DNA from: Pseudomonadota bacterium | GTDB taxonomy: Bacteria > Pseudomonadota > Gammaproteobacteria > CALCKW01 | Direction: 5' to 3' | Length of the DNA stretch: 64,000 nt | Assembly (NCBI GenBank): GCA_039196715.1 | Contig: JBCCUP010000015.1 | Coordinates: forward strand, 4,292-68,291 | Shown here: positions 29,940 through 41,016 of the stretch, piece after piece | Numbering within the stretch: the first letter of the stretch is position 1 | Layout of the letters: the number at the start of each line of letters is the position of its first letter | Program-made: the position numbers and the translations under genes | Notes under the pieces: model-generated | The model's database searches: none | The model's input: the letters and a program-made list of their open reading frames with translations, nothing else | Told to the model about the DNA's origin: nothing

Positions 29940-30977
29940 ATGCGCCAACTCGGCACCAGCGACCTCGTCGTCTCTCCACTCTGTCTCGGCACCATGACCT
30001 TCGGTACGCAAACCGGGTCGGCCGATGCCCACAACCAACTGAGCACCGCAATCGCGCACGGCATCAATGTTGTCGACACCGCCGAGATGTACCCGGTCAA
30101 CCCGATCAGCGCCGACACCGTCGGTCGCAGCGAGACCATCATCGGCGAGTGGCTGTCGCGAGACGGCAACCGCGCCAAGGTGTTGGTGGCCACCAAGATC
30201 ACCGGCAACAACCCTGGTTTTGTGCGTGATGGCGCGGGCATCGATGCGGCCACCCTGGTCGAGGCCGTGCACGGCTCGCTGCGCAGGCTGCGCACCGATG
30301 TGATCGACCTGTACCAGCTGCACTGGCCCAACCGCGGTTCGTACCACTTTCGCCAGAACTGGCAGTACGACCCCACGCAGCAGTCCAAGACCGCTTTCAT
30401 CGACCACATCGGCGAGGTACTGAAAACCGCAGATAGCCTTGTTCGTGATGGCAAGGTGCGATACCTCGGCCTGTCAAACGAGAGTGCCTGGGGCGCAGCG
30501 CAGTGGCTGCGATTGAGCGAGGAGCAGAACATGCCGCGGGTGCAGAGCATCCAGAACGAATACTCTCTGTTGTGCCGTTCTTTCGACACCGACCTGGCGG
30601 AGCTCGCCCACAACGAACGTGTCGACTTGCTCGCGTTCTCGCCCCTGGCGACCGGTCTACTCACCGGAAAATACAGCCCAGACACGACACCCGAAGGCTC
30701 GCGCCGATCGATCGTGCCCGACCTCAGTGGCCGTATCACTGACCGGGTGTGGCCCGCCGTGGCCGCCTACCGCGGCATCGCAGACTCGCACGGGATATCA
30801 GCCATCGAACTGGCCTTGCGCTTTTGCCAGCACCGCCCCTTCGTGGGATCGACCATCGTCGGCGCAACGAATGCGGCGCAGTTGGATGAGGTGCTGGCCG
30901 CCGCGTCGGCCCCGCTCGGCGACGACGTGCTGAAAGCCATCGACACGGCCCACCGAGCGCACCCGATGCCGTACTGA
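29940..30977 (+). CDS. aldo/keto reductase (Tas/YghZ-like NADP-dependent oxidoreductase)
   Basis: MRQLGTSDLVVSPLCLGTMTFG...DTAEMYP...LDYIDLYQLHWP-type motifs, 345 aa. Confidence 0.85.
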   Translation: MRQLGTSDLVVSPLCLGTMTFGTQTGSADAHNQLSTAIAHGINVVDTAEMYPVNPISADTVGRSETIIGEWLSRDGNRAKVLVATKITGNNPGFVRDGAGIDAATLVEAVHGSLRRLRTDVIDLYQLHWPNRGSYHFRQNWQYDPTQQSKTAFIDHIGEVLKTADSLVRDGKVRYLGLSNESAWGAAQWLRLSEEQNMPRVQSIQNEYSLLCRSFDTDLAELAHNERVDLLAFSPLATGLLTGKYSPDTTPEGSRRSIVPDLSGRITDRVWPAVAAYRGIADSHGISAIELALRFCQHRPFVGSTIVGATNAAQLDEVLAAASAPLGDDVLKAIDTAHRAHPMPY

Positions 30978-31071
30978 GCCGGAGGACAGCGAGCCTGGGT
31001 CGGCGTGCCGATTGGCAAGCCAGTCGTGAATGCCCGAAGGGGAGACTGCGGGCGCGCCGAATCGGGTCGCG

Positions 31072-31854
31072 CTAGAACTGGCGCATCACCATGGTTTTCT
31101 TGATTTCGCCAATCGCCTTGGCCGGGTTCAGTCCCTTGGGGCAGGCACTGGTGCAGTTCATGATGGTGTGACAGCGGTACAACTTGAAGGGATCTTCGAG
31201 CGCGTCCAATCGCTCGCCGGTGTGCTCATCCCGGGAGTCCGCAATCCACCGATAGGCATTCAGGAGCGCAGCCGGTCCCAGGTAGCGATCCGAGTTCCAC
31301 CAGTAACTCGGGCAACTGGTGGAGCAGCACGCGCACAAGATGCACTCGTACAGACCGTCGAGCTTTTCTCTGTCTTCCGGGCTCTGCAGCCGCTCGCGCC
31401 CACTCGGGGCGGGCGTGTCCGTCTTCAACCAGGGTTCAACCGACGCGTACTGTGCGTAGAAGTTGGTCAGATCGGACACCAGGTCGCGCACGATCGGCTG
31501 ATGCGGCAAGGGGAAAATCGCGATGTCGCCTTTGTAGTCCTCGATACCTGCAGTGCACGCGAGCGTGTTTTGGCCGCCGATGTTCATCGCGCACGAGCCG
31601 CAGATGCCCTCCCGGCAGGAGCGCCGAAACGACAACGTCGGGTCGATCTCGCTCTTGATCTTCATCAACGCGTCCAGAACCATCGGGCCGCAACCGTCAA
31701 GGTCGACGTCGTAGCTGTCGACACTCGGGTTGTCACCGGTGGACGGGTCGTAGCGGTACACCTTGAACGTGCGCACTCGGGTCGCTCCGGCCGGTGCCTT
31801 GTAGGTTTTTCCGCCCTTGGGAATGGAGTTCGCAGGTAGCTTGAATTCAGCCAT
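31072..31854 (-). CDS. sdhB: succinate dehydrogenase iron-sulfur subunit
   Basis: Cys clusters [27 protein letters not shown] and [14 protein letters not shown]. Confidence 0.9.
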   Translation of the reverse strand: MAEFKLPANSIPKGGKTYKAPAGATRVRTFKVYRYDPSTGDNPSVDSYDVDLDGCGPMVLDALMKIKSEIDPTLSFRRSCREGICGSCAMNIGGQNTLACTAGIEDYKGDIAIFPLPHQPIVRDLVSDLTNFYAQYASVEPWLKTDTPAPSGRERLQSPEDREKLDGLYECILCACCSTSCPSYWWNSDRYLGPAALLNAYRWIADSRDEHTGERLDALEDPFKLYRCHTIMNCTSACPKGLNPAKAIGEIKKTMVMRQF

Positions 31855-31866
31855 TGCTCTGTTTCC

Positions 31867-33657
31867 TCAGTAGACGCGTTTTTTCGGTGGGAAGACGTCG
31901 ACGTCGTCGGTCAGTGTGTACATGTGGACGGATCTGTCGTCGTAACTGACCTGACCTTTTTCGTCCACCCAGGCCAGGGTGTGTTTCATCCAGTTTTCGT
32001 CGTCCCGGTCCGGCGTGTCCTCGCGCGCATGTGCGCCCCTGCTCTCGGGCCTGCGCGCAGCGCCACCGACGATGGTCACCGCCTGCGCGAGCAGGTTCTC
32101 GAGTTCCAGGGTCTCCACAAGGTCGGTGTTCCAGACCAGTGATCGGTCGGTCACGCCGATATCTGAAAAGCCATCGTATACGGTTGCGACCTTTTCGACA
32201 CCCTGCGACAGCGATTCGCCGGTCCTGAACACAGCCGCGTGCTGCTGCATCGAGCGTTGCATGCTCAATCGCAGCTCGGCGGCGCCCGTGCCGCCGCTGG
32301 CGTTGCGCACCGCGTCGAGGCGGTCGAGGCTGAAGGACGCCGCCTGGTCGCGTGCCATTGCCTTGTGCGGCGCACCCGCCGTCACGGTCTCCGCGGCGCG
32401 CAAGGCCGCGGCGCGCCCGAACACGATGAGATCGAGCAGCGAATTGGACCCCAACCGGTTGGCGCCGTGCACGGACACACACGCCGCCTCGCCGATCGCC
32501 ATGAGGCCAGGCACCACCGTGTCGGCGTCACCGTCTTTCAAGGTGACGACCTCACCGTGGTAGTTGGTCGGGATGCCGCCCAGGTTGTAGTGCACCGTCG
32601 GCAGCACCGGGATCGGTTCCTTGGCGACATCGACTCCGGCGAATATCTTGGCGCTCTCGGAGATTCCGGGCAGGCGAGCATTGATCACGTCGGCGCCGAG
32701 GTGTTGAAGGTTGAGGTGGATGTGGTCACCGTCCTTGCCGACGCCTTTACCGTCGTTGATCTCCATCGTCATCGACCGGCTCACCACATCGCGAGATGCG
32801 AGGTCCTTGGCGTTCGGCGCGTAGCGCTCCATGAAACGTTCGCCGTCGCTGTTGGTGAGGTAACCGCCCTCGCCGCGCACGCCCTCGGTGATCAGCACAC
32901 CCGCCCCGTAGATGCCGGTGGGGTGGAACTGAACGAACTCCATGTCCTGCAGTGGCAAGCCGGCCCGCAGCACCATGGCGCCGCCGTCGCCGGTGCAGGT
33001 GTGAGCCGACGTGCAAGAGAAGTACGTGCGCCCGCAGCCACCGGTTGCCAGCACGGTCTGGTGGGCGCGGAACACGTGCATGTCACCGGTCGCGAGGTCC
33101 CACGACACGACACCGCGACACTCGCCGTCGTCCATGATCAGGTCGACCGCAAAGTGCTCGATGAAGAACTGCGCCTGGTGCTTGAGCGACTGCTGGTACA
33201 AGGCGTGCAGAATCGCGTGCCCGGTGCGGTCGGCCGCCGCGCAGGTGCGTTGTGCCGCCGGACCCTCACCGAAGTTCTGGGTCATGCCACCGAAGGGCCG
33301 CTGGTAGATTCGGCCGTCTTCGGTGCGCGAGAACGGCACACCGTAGTGCTCGAGCTCGAGCACCGCGGGTACCGCCTCGCGACACATGTACTCGATCGCG
33401 TCCTGGTCGCCGAGCCAGTCGGAACCCTTGATGGTGTCGTACATGTGCCAGCGCCAGTCGTCCGGCCCCATGTTGCCGAGCGACGCACTCATGCCGCCCT
33501 GAGCAGCCACCGTGTGTGACCGTGTGGGAAAGACCTTCGTCACACACGCGGTGTTCAGTCCGGCTGCCGCCATGCCGAGCGTCGCGCGCAAGCCGGCGCC
33601 CCCGGCACCGACAATCACCACATCGTAATGGTGTTCAATGATGTTGTAGGCGCTCAT
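31867..33657 (-). CDS. sdhA: succinate dehydrogenase flavoprotein subunit
   Basis: [25 protein letters not shown]...; 596 aa. The ATG at 33657 overlaps the sdhD stop (ATGA). Confidence 0.9.
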   Translation of the reverse strand: MSAYNIIEHHYDVVIVGAGGAGLRATLGMAAAGLNTACVTKVFPTRSHTVAAQGGMSASLGNMGPDDWRWHMYDTIKGSDWLGDQDAIEYMCREAVPAVLELEHYGVPFSRTEDGRIYQRPFGGMTQNFGEGPAAQRTCAAADRTGHAILHALYQQSLKHQAQFFIEHFAVDLIMDDGECRGVVSWDLATGDMHVFRAHQTVLATGGCGRTYFSCTSAHTCTGDGGAMVLRAGLPLQDMEFVQFHPTGIYGAGVLITEGVRGEGGYLTNSDGERFMERYAPNAKDLASRDVVSRSMTMEINDGKGVGKDGDHIHLNLQHLGADVINARLPGISESAKIFAGVDVAKEPIPVLPTVHYNLGGIPTNYHGEVVTLKDGDADTVVPGLMAIGEAACVSVHGANRLGSNSLLDLIVFGRAAALRAAETVTAGAPHKAMARDQAASFSLDRLDAVRNASGGTGAAELRLSMQRSMQQHAAVFRTGESLSQGVEKVATVYDGFSDIGVTDRSLVWNTDLVETLELENLLAQAVTIVGGAARRPESRGAHAREDTPDRDDENWMKHTLAWVDEKGQVSYDDRSVHMYTLTDDVDVFPPKKRVY

Positions 33658-34049
33658 CCAGCGACTCCCAGCGAAATTCGAATAACCGAAAACACCCCGA
33701 CGACACCCAGAATGATGCAGACGAAGTGACTCGCGATGATCGCGGCAGTGCGCACTGCATGATCGGACACGTAGTCTTCGATGATGACCTGCAAGCCAAG
33801 CGCATAGTGGTAGAACACCGCCATCAAAGTCAGGATCAGCATGACCGAGTTGAACGGCGAGCCGACCCAGGCAGTAAAGTCGCTGTAGGCCATGCTCGGC
33901 AACGAGGCCAAACCGAAACAGAACCACAGCGTCAACGGGATCAAGGCGATGCCGGTCAGCCGCTGCACCCAAAAGTGGTGAGTGCCGGACTTGGCCGAAC
34001 CCCAGCCTTTCGCGCGCGACAGCGGCGTGCGCATTTGCGTCGTGCTCAT
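33654..34049 (-). CDS. sdhD: succinate dehydrogenase hydrophobic membrane anchor subunit
   Basis: 131 aa, 3 [11 protein letters not shown] heme-ligand region. Confidence 0.85.
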   Translation of the reverse strand: MSTTQMRTPLSRAKGWGSAKSGTHHFWVQRLTGIALIPLTLWFCFGLASLPSMAYSDFTAWVGSPFNSVMLILTLMAVFYHYALGLQVIIEDYVSDHAVRTAAIIASHFVCIILGVVGVFSVIRISLGVAG

Positions 34050-34058
34050 AGTGGTCTC

Positions 34059-34439
34059 CTAGAGGGCGACGAGCCAGGTCAGCGCAGTCAGTGACAAGCT
34101 CACACCCAGGACAGCTTGCCCGCTGTGCTTTGAGGTCTTCAGGTCGAGCCCCCAACCGATATCCCACAGCAGATGACGGATACCGTTGCAAAAGTGGTAG
34201 TACAGCGCTGCGGTAAATCCGAACAGCACCAACTTGCCAAGCAGGCTGCTCAGCACCCAGTTTGCTGCCGCGAAGTCGTCCTCCCCACCGGCTGCGCGCG
34301 CGAGTATCCAGACGATTAGCAGACCGCCCACGCCGAGCGCAGCACCGGTACCTCGGTGGAGCACGGAAAGCACTGCGGTCATCGGCAATTTGTAGATTTG
34401 CAGGTGTGGCGACATGGGTCGCTTGTCAGTCCAGGCCAT
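34059..34439 (-). CDS. sdhC: succinate dehydrogenase cytochrome b556 subunit
   Basis: 126 aa, 3 [25 protein letters not shown]. Confidence 0.85.
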   Translation of the reverse strand: MAWTDKRPMSPHLQIYKLPMTAVLSVLHRGTGAALGVGGLLIVWILARAAGGEDDFAAANWVLSSLLGKLVLFGFTAALYYHFCNGIRHLLWDIGWGLDLKTSKHSGQAVLGVSLSLTALTWLVAL

Positions 34440-34492
34440 CGGTGGCTACCTTCGGTGCAGTGTGTTGGCAGGTGGTGTTGCCCTGAACGGAC

Positions 34493-34741
34493 TCAGAAAT
34501 CGATGCAGCGCCCTTTGAGCTCCCAATCGCCGTAACGCGTGGGCTCCGGCCCCCGCGGCCCACCGACTTCCGCCGGTTTTTCCGACGACTGCGGGTGCCC
34601 GGCGGGCGGGGACTGAAATTGCGAATCATTTGCATCCGCACCCGCGTTTTCGGCAACATCTGATCTCACCGCAGGATCAGTGCCCGTTTCCGGTTTCGAT
34701 TGGGAGTCCATGTCTGTGTCGTTGGGTGTCTGATTCATCAT
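34493..34741 (-). CDS. DUF1674-domain protein (SDHAF4-like), first gene of the sdh operon
   Basis: C-terminal ...GPRGPEPTRYGDWELKGRCIDF matches the conserved DUF1674/SDHAF4 C-terminal motif. Tandem ATG starts at 34741/34738. Confidence 0.65.
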   Translation of the reverse strand: MMNQTPNDTDMDSQSKPETGTDPAVRSDVAENAGADANDSQFQSPPAGHPQSSEKPAEVGGPRGPEPTRYGDWELKGRCIDF

Positions 34742-34876
34742 CGCTAGTCTATCCTGCGTCAAACCGGCGCCACAATATGAAGCATTCTGCACCACTGTCG
34801 TGCAGCTCGGCCGCGCCGGGCACCGGCATTTTAGTGCACTTCGATGCGACCCACCGCCACGCGTGGAGGCGTGACC

Positions 34877-35869
34877 ATGCAGCCATCAGATGCAACTTCC
34901 GTCGATCGGTTCACTGACCAGATCAACCCGACTGTTGTAGCCACACTGTCAGAAATCACGGTGTTGCACGTAGCGGGTACCGATGCGGCGGCTTTTCTGC
35001 AAAGCCAGTTCTGCAACGACGTCGCTGCATTGCCGGATTACGGTGTCCAGTTGAACGGGTACTGCACACCCAAAGGGCGCCTGCTTGCTGTGTTTCACCT
35101 GATTCGACGCGGAGACGGTTTCATGATGCTCGTGCCCGAGTCCGTCGCGCCGGCGTTCCGCAAACGTTTGTCGATGTTCGTGTTGCGCGCCGACGTCACA
35201 ATCGACAGGTGGACGATCGGCGCGCCGATCGCGATCCTCGGTGGCGGAGCGGCCGACGCGAGCGCCGGTGAACTGCCCGACGTGCCTGGCCAAGGATGCG
35301 TTCACGGCGAGAGCTGGGTGGGTCGCCTGCCCGGCCCGACACCGTCCTGGATCGCCTTGGGCGAAGCCGGCTCACTGGACTCGGTACGAGCAGCATTGCC
35401 ACCGGACACCCCAACGGCGACCGACGCACTGTGGCGTGCATCCCGCCTGCTCGCCGGTGAACCGATCCTGGCAGGCGATGCGGTGGACCGCTTCGTGCCA
35501 CAAATGCTGAACCTCGATCTGATCGACGGGCTGAGCTTCCGCAAAGGTTGCTACCCGGGACAGGAAATCGTGGCCCGCACACGCTACCTCGGAAAGCAGA
35601 AACGCCGGATGCTGCTTTACCACGTCGACGCGGTGCCGACAGACGCGCCCGTCGGGCCCGGCTCGGCAATCAAGTCCGAGTCGAAATCCGGTGTTGGAGA
35701 AGTGCTCGCCGCGGAGCGCTCTGGCGACGGCCTGCTGCTGGCCGTGGTGCTGCGCCTGGAGCACCTCAGGTCTCAACTGAGCCTCGACATCGAGGGCCCG
35801 GATTGTCCATTGGCCCCGGTCGCGCTGCCCTACGATGCGCTTGAAGGCACCGACTTCGTCAACGCGTAG
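34877..35869 (+). CDS. ygfZ: folate-binding Fe-S cluster assembly/tRNA-modification protein YgfZ (GcvT-like)
   Basis: GcvT-like fold with the C-terminal KGCYPGQE motif. Divergent from the sdh operon. Confidence 0.8.
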   Translation: MQPSDATSVDRFTDQINPTVVATLSEITVLHVAGTDAAAFLQSQFCNDVAALPDYGVQLNGYCTPKGRLLAVFHLIRRGDGFMMLVPESVAPAFRKRLSMFVLRADVTIDRWTIGAPIAILGGGAADASAGELPDVPGQGCVHGESWVGRLPGPTPSWIALGEAGSLDSVRAALPPDTPTATDALWRASRLLAGEPILAGDAVDRFVPQMLNLDLIDGLSFRKGCYPGQEIVARTRYLGKQKRRMLLYHVDAVPTDAPVGPGSAIKSESKSGVGEVLAAERSGDGLLLAVVLRLEHLRSQLSLDIEGPDCPLAPVALPYDALEGTDFVNA

Positions 35870-35884
35870 GGGTGTGGTGCGCCC

Positions 35885-37261
35885 TCACTGACGCGGCTGC
35901 TCGATGGTGCGGAACTCGACGCGCCGGTTTCGACGCCGCCCCTCTTCCGTGGCGTTCTGAAATGCCGGCCGGGACTCGCCGTAGCCCACCGGCCGAAGCC
36001 GCGTCGAACTGATGCCGCCCTGGATCATGTACCGCACCACCGCCTCGGCACGGGCCTGTGACAGTTCGAGGTTGCCCCGCGCCGGCCCACGGTTGTCGGT
36101 GTGGGCTTGCACTTCGAGCAACACGGTCGGGTGCTTGAGCAACTCGAAGATGATCGCGTCAAGCACCGCGCGAGACGCACTGTCCAGGTCGGAGGAGCTG
36201 CTGGCGAAGTACAAGCCCTCAACCACACCCGCGAAGCTGCATCCCGCGTCGTCGACGACCTTGCCTGGCGGGGTGTCTGCACAGCGATCGATCTCGTTGA
36301 CGACGCCATCACCGTCGCTGTCGAGCGGCGCGGGTTCGGTTTCGATCGCAGTGGCCTCCAGGGTATTCACCGGGTCCGCTGCGACCACAGCCGAAACCGC
36401 CCCGTCGGCAAGCGTCTCGCCCGCCTCGGCAGTCGGCTCGATGGCCAGGACACCGTCATCGGCCACCTCGCCGGCGTCCACACCGTCGACACCGTCGACA
36501 CCGACGGCGACCACGGTCTCGTCGCCGCTCGTGCCCGGTGACAGATCGATTGCCGTGTCGTCCAGTCCGCCCTCTGACACCGCCCCATCACCGTCTGGCT
36601 CGGGCACGAGCACCGGTGTGTCGAGCGGGCTGGGGTTGTCATCCCGCGCCGTGCCGCGCTGCGATTTGAAGTAATCCACCGACGGCGGCGACGGGTCCGG
36701 CACGTCGCCGAATCGCTTGATCAGCCCGAGCGACACCAGCGCCGCGTCCTCGCCGTAGGCTTCGGCTTCGATGCGCCAGGTCACGCCGCCGGCTATCAGG
36801 CCGGAGACGCCGAGCCCGGCACTGACGTGAAAGTCGTCCGGCTCCTCGACGGTCACCGTGGCATCGGTGCTCAAGCTGCCCGCGCCCAGCTTGGCGTACA
36901 CCGAGAGGCCGTCCCGGAAATAGCGGCCGAGGCTCGACCCGTTGTTGTAGAGGTGCATGACCAGCTGCGCCCCGAACACCTGGTAGGTGATCTCGTCACT
37001 CGCCCCGATCTCAACCGCACCGAGGTCCGCTGCGTAGGCCTCGAGGGACAGACGGTGCGTGAGATCACGCCCGATCACCACTTTGCCGCCCTCGGACTGG
37101 TCTTCCGTCAGGGTCAACCCGGTGCCGGCGAGGTCGGGGTCCATCTGACTGGTGCCGCCCGCCAGGCCGATGTACCACCGGCCGTGGAAGGTCTCGTCGG
37201 ACGCCTGCACGGCAGTGCCCAGTGCCAGGGCCATCGAGGCAACCAGAAGTCGGAGTTTCAT
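35885..37261 (-). CDS. OmpA-family outer-membrane protein with thrombospondin type-3 (Ca-binding) repeats
   Basis: Signal peptide MKLRLLVASMALALGTAVQA, N-terminal beta-barrel-like region, acidic D-rich repeats (DSDGDGVVNEIDRCADTP), and a C-terminal OmpA peptidoglycan-binding domain (...NRRVEF). Confidence 0.75.
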   Translation of the reverse strand: MKLRLLVASMALALGTAVQASDETFHGRWYIGLAGGTSQMDPDLAGTGLTLTEDQSEGGKVVIGRDLTHRLSLEAYAADLGAVEIGASDEITYQVFGAQLVMHLYNNGSSLGRYFRDGLSVYAKLGAGSLSTDATVTVEEPDDFHVSAGLGVSGLIAGGVTWRIEAEAYGEDAALVSLGLIKRFGDVPDPSPPSVDYFKSQRGTARDDNPSPLDTPVLVPEPDGDGAVSEGGLDDTAIDLSPGTSGDETVVAVGVDGVDGVDAGEVADDGVLAIEPTAEAGETLADGAVSAVVAADPVNTLEATAIETEPAPLDSDGDGVVNEIDRCADTPPGKVVDDAGCSFAGVVEGLYFASSSSDLDSASRAVLDAIIFELLKHPTVLLEVQAHTDNRGPARGNLELSQARAEAVVRYMIQGGISSTRLRPVGYGESRPAFQNATEEGRRRNRRVEFRTIEQPRQ

Positions 37262-37533
37262 TGCACACCCACGTTTCGAATTGACGCTGTCCCGCACGAC
37301 GCCGACGGGCGCTCGCGCGGTGCCGCGGACACGCAGCGCTGTCCGATGCTGTCCGAAATATAGGCAATCAAAGTCGAATCCGCTGCGCGGCGGGCAAATT
37401 CGCCGGACAGGGAGATCGCTCAAAGCCGGCCACGGTGGTGGGGTATGCCGCCTTCGGCACGCCGTGCCAACACACGGGGTGCGCGTTTCAGGTCAGGCAA
37501 CCACCGGGATTGCAGGGCCGAGCAGCGGGTTGA

Positions 37534-39024
37534 TCACTCCGGGCGCATGTGCGGGAAGAGGATCACATCGCGGATCGATGCAGCATCCGTCAACAGCATG
37601 ACCAGCCGGTCGACGCCTATGCCAAGCCCTGCGTTGGGCGGCAACCCGTATTCGAGGGCACGCACGTAGTCGGCATCGAAATACATCGCCTCCTCGTCGC
37701 CGCGGTCCTGGCGATCGACCTGATCGCGAAAACGCTCGGCCTGGTCCTCGGCGTCGTTGAGTTCGGAGAAGCCGTTGGCAATCTCGCGGCCGGTGATGAA
37801 CAGCTCGAAGCGGTCGGTCAGTGCAGGGTTGCTGTCGGAGCGCCGCGAGAGTGGCGACACTTCGATGGGGTGCTGAGTGATGAACGTCGGTTGGCGCAGC
37901 TGGTCCTCGACGGTCTCTTCGAAGGCGACGAGCTGCAGTTCACCGAGGCTGGCCCCGGCCTCGGCGCTCAGCTTGCGGTCGCTCAGCCAGGCGGCAAGGC
38001 GTGCGGGGTCGTCCACGGTGTCATCGTCGAGGTCCGCGTTGAACGCGACGACGGCGTCGCGCATGGTCATGCGTGCGAACGGCTCGCCGAAGTCCACGGT
38101 CTCCCCCTGGTAGGTCACACGGGTCTCGCCGCACACCGTGCGCGCGATGTCGCGCAACATGGCCTCGGTCATGTCCATGTAGTCGACGTAGTCAACGTAG
38201 GCTTCGTTGCACTCCATCATCGTGAATTCGGGGTTGTGGCGGGTTGAGAGGCCCTCGTTGCGAAACACCCGGTTGAGTTCGAACACCCGGTCGAAGCCAC
38301 CCACCAGCGCCCGCTTGATCGGCAGTTCCTGCGCGACGCGCAGGTAGAGGTCACGGTCGAGCGCGTTGTGGTGTGTGATGAACGGCTTCGCGGTCGCGCC
38401 GCCAGGGATCACCTGCATCATCGGCGATTCGATTTCGAGGTAATCCCGTTCGACCAGAAATCGCCGCATCGCGTCGATGGTTGCCGCGCGCTTCTTGAAG
38501 GTGTCGCGGGATTTTTCCGTGACGATCAGGTCGACGTAGCGCTGGCGGTAGCGCAACTCCTGATCGGTCATGCCGTGAAATTTTTCCGGCAGCGGCCGCA
38601 ACGACTTGGTCAGCAGCGAGAGCGCGGCGACACGCACCGAGAGTTCGCCCTTCTGCGTGACGAACAAGGTGCCTGTTGCACCGACGATGTCACCGACATC
38701 GAGCGTTTTGAACGCCGCGTACGCCGCCTCACCGATGCGGTCGCGTTGCACGAAGAGCTGAATGCGTCCGGTGGTGTCCTGCACGCTGGCAAAACTCGCC
38801 TTGCCCATCACGCGCTTGGCCATCATGCGGCCGGCGACAGCGACCTCGACCGTGTTGTCAGCGAACCAGGCGGCATCGTGCGACGCACAGTCCGACTGCA
38901 GCTGGCCCGCCTCGTGTGTGCGCCTGAAGTCGTTCGGAAACGGGTTGCCCGCCTTGCGCAAGGCGGCCAGCTTCTGCCGACGCTGCGCGATCAGTTGGTT
39001 CTCGTCCTGCGGGGAATCTGTCAT
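37534..39024 (-). CDS. lysS: lysine--tRNA ligase
   Basis: 496 aa, an OB-fold followed by a class II core (FRNEG, GGFDRVFE motifs). Confidence 0.9.
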   Translation of the reverse strand: MTDSPQDENQLIAQRRQKLAALRKAGNPFPNDFRRTHEAGQLQSDCASHDAAWFADNTVEVAVAGRMMAKRVMGKASFASVQDTTGRIQLFVQRDRIGEAAYAAFKTLDVGDIVGATGTLFVTQKGELSVRVAALSLLTKSLRPLPEKFHGMTDQELRYRQRYVDLIVTEKSRDTFKKRAATIDAMRRFLVERDYLEIESPMMQVIPGGATAKPFITHHNALDRDLYLRVAQELPIKRALVGGFDRVFELNRVFRNEGLSTRHNPEFTMMECNEAYVDYVDYMDMTEAMLRDIARTVCGETRVTYQGETVDFGEPFARMTMRDAVVAFNADLDDDTVDDPARLAAWLSDRKLSAEAGASLGELQLVAFEETVEDQLRQPTFITQHPIEVSPLSRRSDSNPALTDRFELFITGREIANGFSELNDAEDQAERFRDQVDRQDRGDEEAMYFDADYVRALEYGLPPNAGLGIGVDRLVMLLTDAASIRDVILFPHMRPE

Positions 39025-39030
39025 GCCAGC

Positions 39031-40132
39031 TTATTCCAGCCCTGCTTTGAGGCTGGCCTCGATGAAGGGGTCCAGGTTGCCGTCGAGTACGCTCTGGGTT
39101 GAGCTGATCTCGACGCCGGTGCGCAGATCCTTGATACGGGATTGGTCCAGTACATAGGACCGGATCTGGTTGCCCCAGCCGACATCCGATTTGGCATCTT
39201 CGATCACCTGCGCTTCACCACGGCGTTTTTGCAACTCCAACTCGTACAACTTCGCCTTGAGCTGCTTCATCGCCTGGTCTTTGTTCTTGTGCTGCGACCG
39301 GTCGTTCTGGCACTGCACCACCACGCCTGACGGGTTGTGGGTGATGCGTACCGCCGATTCGGTGCGGTTGACGTGCTGCCCGCCCGCGCCGGATGCGCGG
39401 TACACGTCGATACGCAAATCCGCCGGGTTGATGTCAACTTCGATGTTGTCGTCGATCTCGGGTGACACGAAGACCGCGGCGAAGGACGTGTGGCGCCGGT
39501 TGCCGGAATCGAAGGGCGACTTGCGCACCAGGCGGTGAACGCCCAACTCGGTGCGCAGCCAGCCGTAGGCGTATTCGCCATCCACCTGCACGGTCGCCGA
39601 CTTGATACCCGCCACGTCGCCCGGTGAGCACTCCATGAGTTGCGCCTTGAAGCCGCGGCGCTCCGCCCAACGCAAATACATGCGCAACAGCATCTCGGCC
39701 CAATCCTGGGCCTCGGTCCCGCCCGCACCGGCCTGGATATCGAGGAAGCAGTTGTTGCCGTCCTGCTCGCCGCTGAACATCCGACGGAATTCGAGGCCAC
39801 TGACGCGCGAGGCGAACTGCTCGACGTCCGCTGCGACCGAGTCCAGTGTGTCCTGGTCAGCCTCCTCGCGTGCGAGGTCGAGCAGCTCCGTGGCGTCGGC
39901 CAGGCCGTCACGCAGGCTGTCTAGGGTGTCCACCACCGCCTCCAGCGAGGCGCGCTCGCGCCCGAGCGACTGGGCCCGGTCCGGGTCGTTCCAGACGTCA
40001 GGCTGCTCGAGCTCCCGCAGCACTTCCTCTAGCTGTTCGCGCTTGTCGGCGTAGTCAAAGGTACCCCCTCAGCGCTTCACAACGCTCCTGGAGGTCGACG
40101 ATCTGGTTGCGCACCGGGTTGATATCGAGCAT
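39031..40132 (-). CDS. prfB: peptide chain release factor 2 (programmed +1 frameshift)
   Basis: Frame 0 reads [25 protein letters not shown] then UGA. The CTT TGA C motif is preceded by AGGGGG (minus strand, about 40055-40070). The +1 frame continues [12 protein letters not shown]...SPGQ (GGQ motif as [18 protein letters not shown]). Confidence 0.9.
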
Positions 40133-40348
40133 TGCGGGGACCGCGTTCCAAAACCCCCCAGCATACGACAAATCGGCCCATTTCTCACCACCGAACACCA
40201 CCCTGTGGGCCGGTGGGGCCCACGCGATACCGCGGCATTTGCCGCATTGCAATGGCGGCATTGACCTGCAGCGCGCTACCGTTGAACCTAGAGCCGCGCC
40301 CGCCACTCTACTAGAGTGCACCGTTTGTATTGCGAAGGAGACCCTCCC

Positions 40349-41002
40349 ATGAAACACGCCATCGCCGCCATCTGCCTCGGATCCCTGCTCGTCGGATGCG
40401 CGACCGAGGGGGGGCTCTCCAAAACCCAGACCGGTGCCGTGATCGGGGCGGTCCTCGGTGCCGCCGCTGGCAACCAAACCGGCGACAGCAGCAAGGAGCG
40501 GCGGAAGGACCGGCTCGTGGGCGCAGTGCTCGGGGCCGCAGCCGGGGCCGGCGTCGGCCGGGTGCTCGATCAACAGGAAGCCGAGCTGAACCAGGCACTC
40601 GAGGATGAGCGCGTTGCCCGACAGGTGGAAGTGCAGCGCGTGCGCGAAGACCTGCTGCGCCTGACGCTCGACAGCGAGGTGTCCTTCGATTTCGACAGCG
40701 CGGACATCAAACCGGCGTTCAGCAACAGCCTGGACAAGGTTGCCGACGTGCTGCTCAAATACACCGAAAGCCAGGTCCGCATCGTTGGCCACACCGACTC
40801 GATCGGCAGTGAGAGCTACAACCAGGTGCTCTCGGAGCGGCGTGCCGCAGCGGTCGAGCGCTACCTGGTGTCGGCGGGTGTCAACCCGACACGCCTGAGC
40901 AGCAGCGGCGCGGGCGAGTCTCAGCCGCGTGAAGCCAACGACACCGAAGCGGGCCGCCAGCTCAACCGACGGGTCGAAATCTTCATTGCCCCGAACGCCT
41001 GA
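40349..41002 (+). CDS. OmpA-family lipoprotein with glycine-zipper segment
   Basis: AAGGAG RBS. The lipobox is LVGC. Gly-zipper GAVIGAVLGAAAG...GAVLGAAAGAGVG. C-terminal OmpA domain (...NRRVEIFI). Confidence 0.8.
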   Translation: MKHAIAAICLGSLLVGCATEGGLSKTQTGAVIGAVLGAAAGNQTGDSSKERRKDRLVGAVLGAAAGAGVGRVLDQQEAELNQALEDERVARQVEVQRVREDLLRLTLDSEVSFDFDSADIKPAFSNSLDKVADVLLKYTESQVRIVGHTDSIGSESYNQVLSERRAAAVERYLVSAGVNPTRLSSSGAGESQPREANDTEAGRQLNRRVEIFIAPNA

Positions 41003-41016
41003 CCACGTCGCAGGAG

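Noticed and set aside
37262-37533. Small GC hairpins (for example GGCAC-GCC-GTGCC) downstream of lysS and upstream of the OmpA-like gene
   Set aside because: The stems are short with no T-tract. They are indistinguishable from the background in GC-rich DNA.
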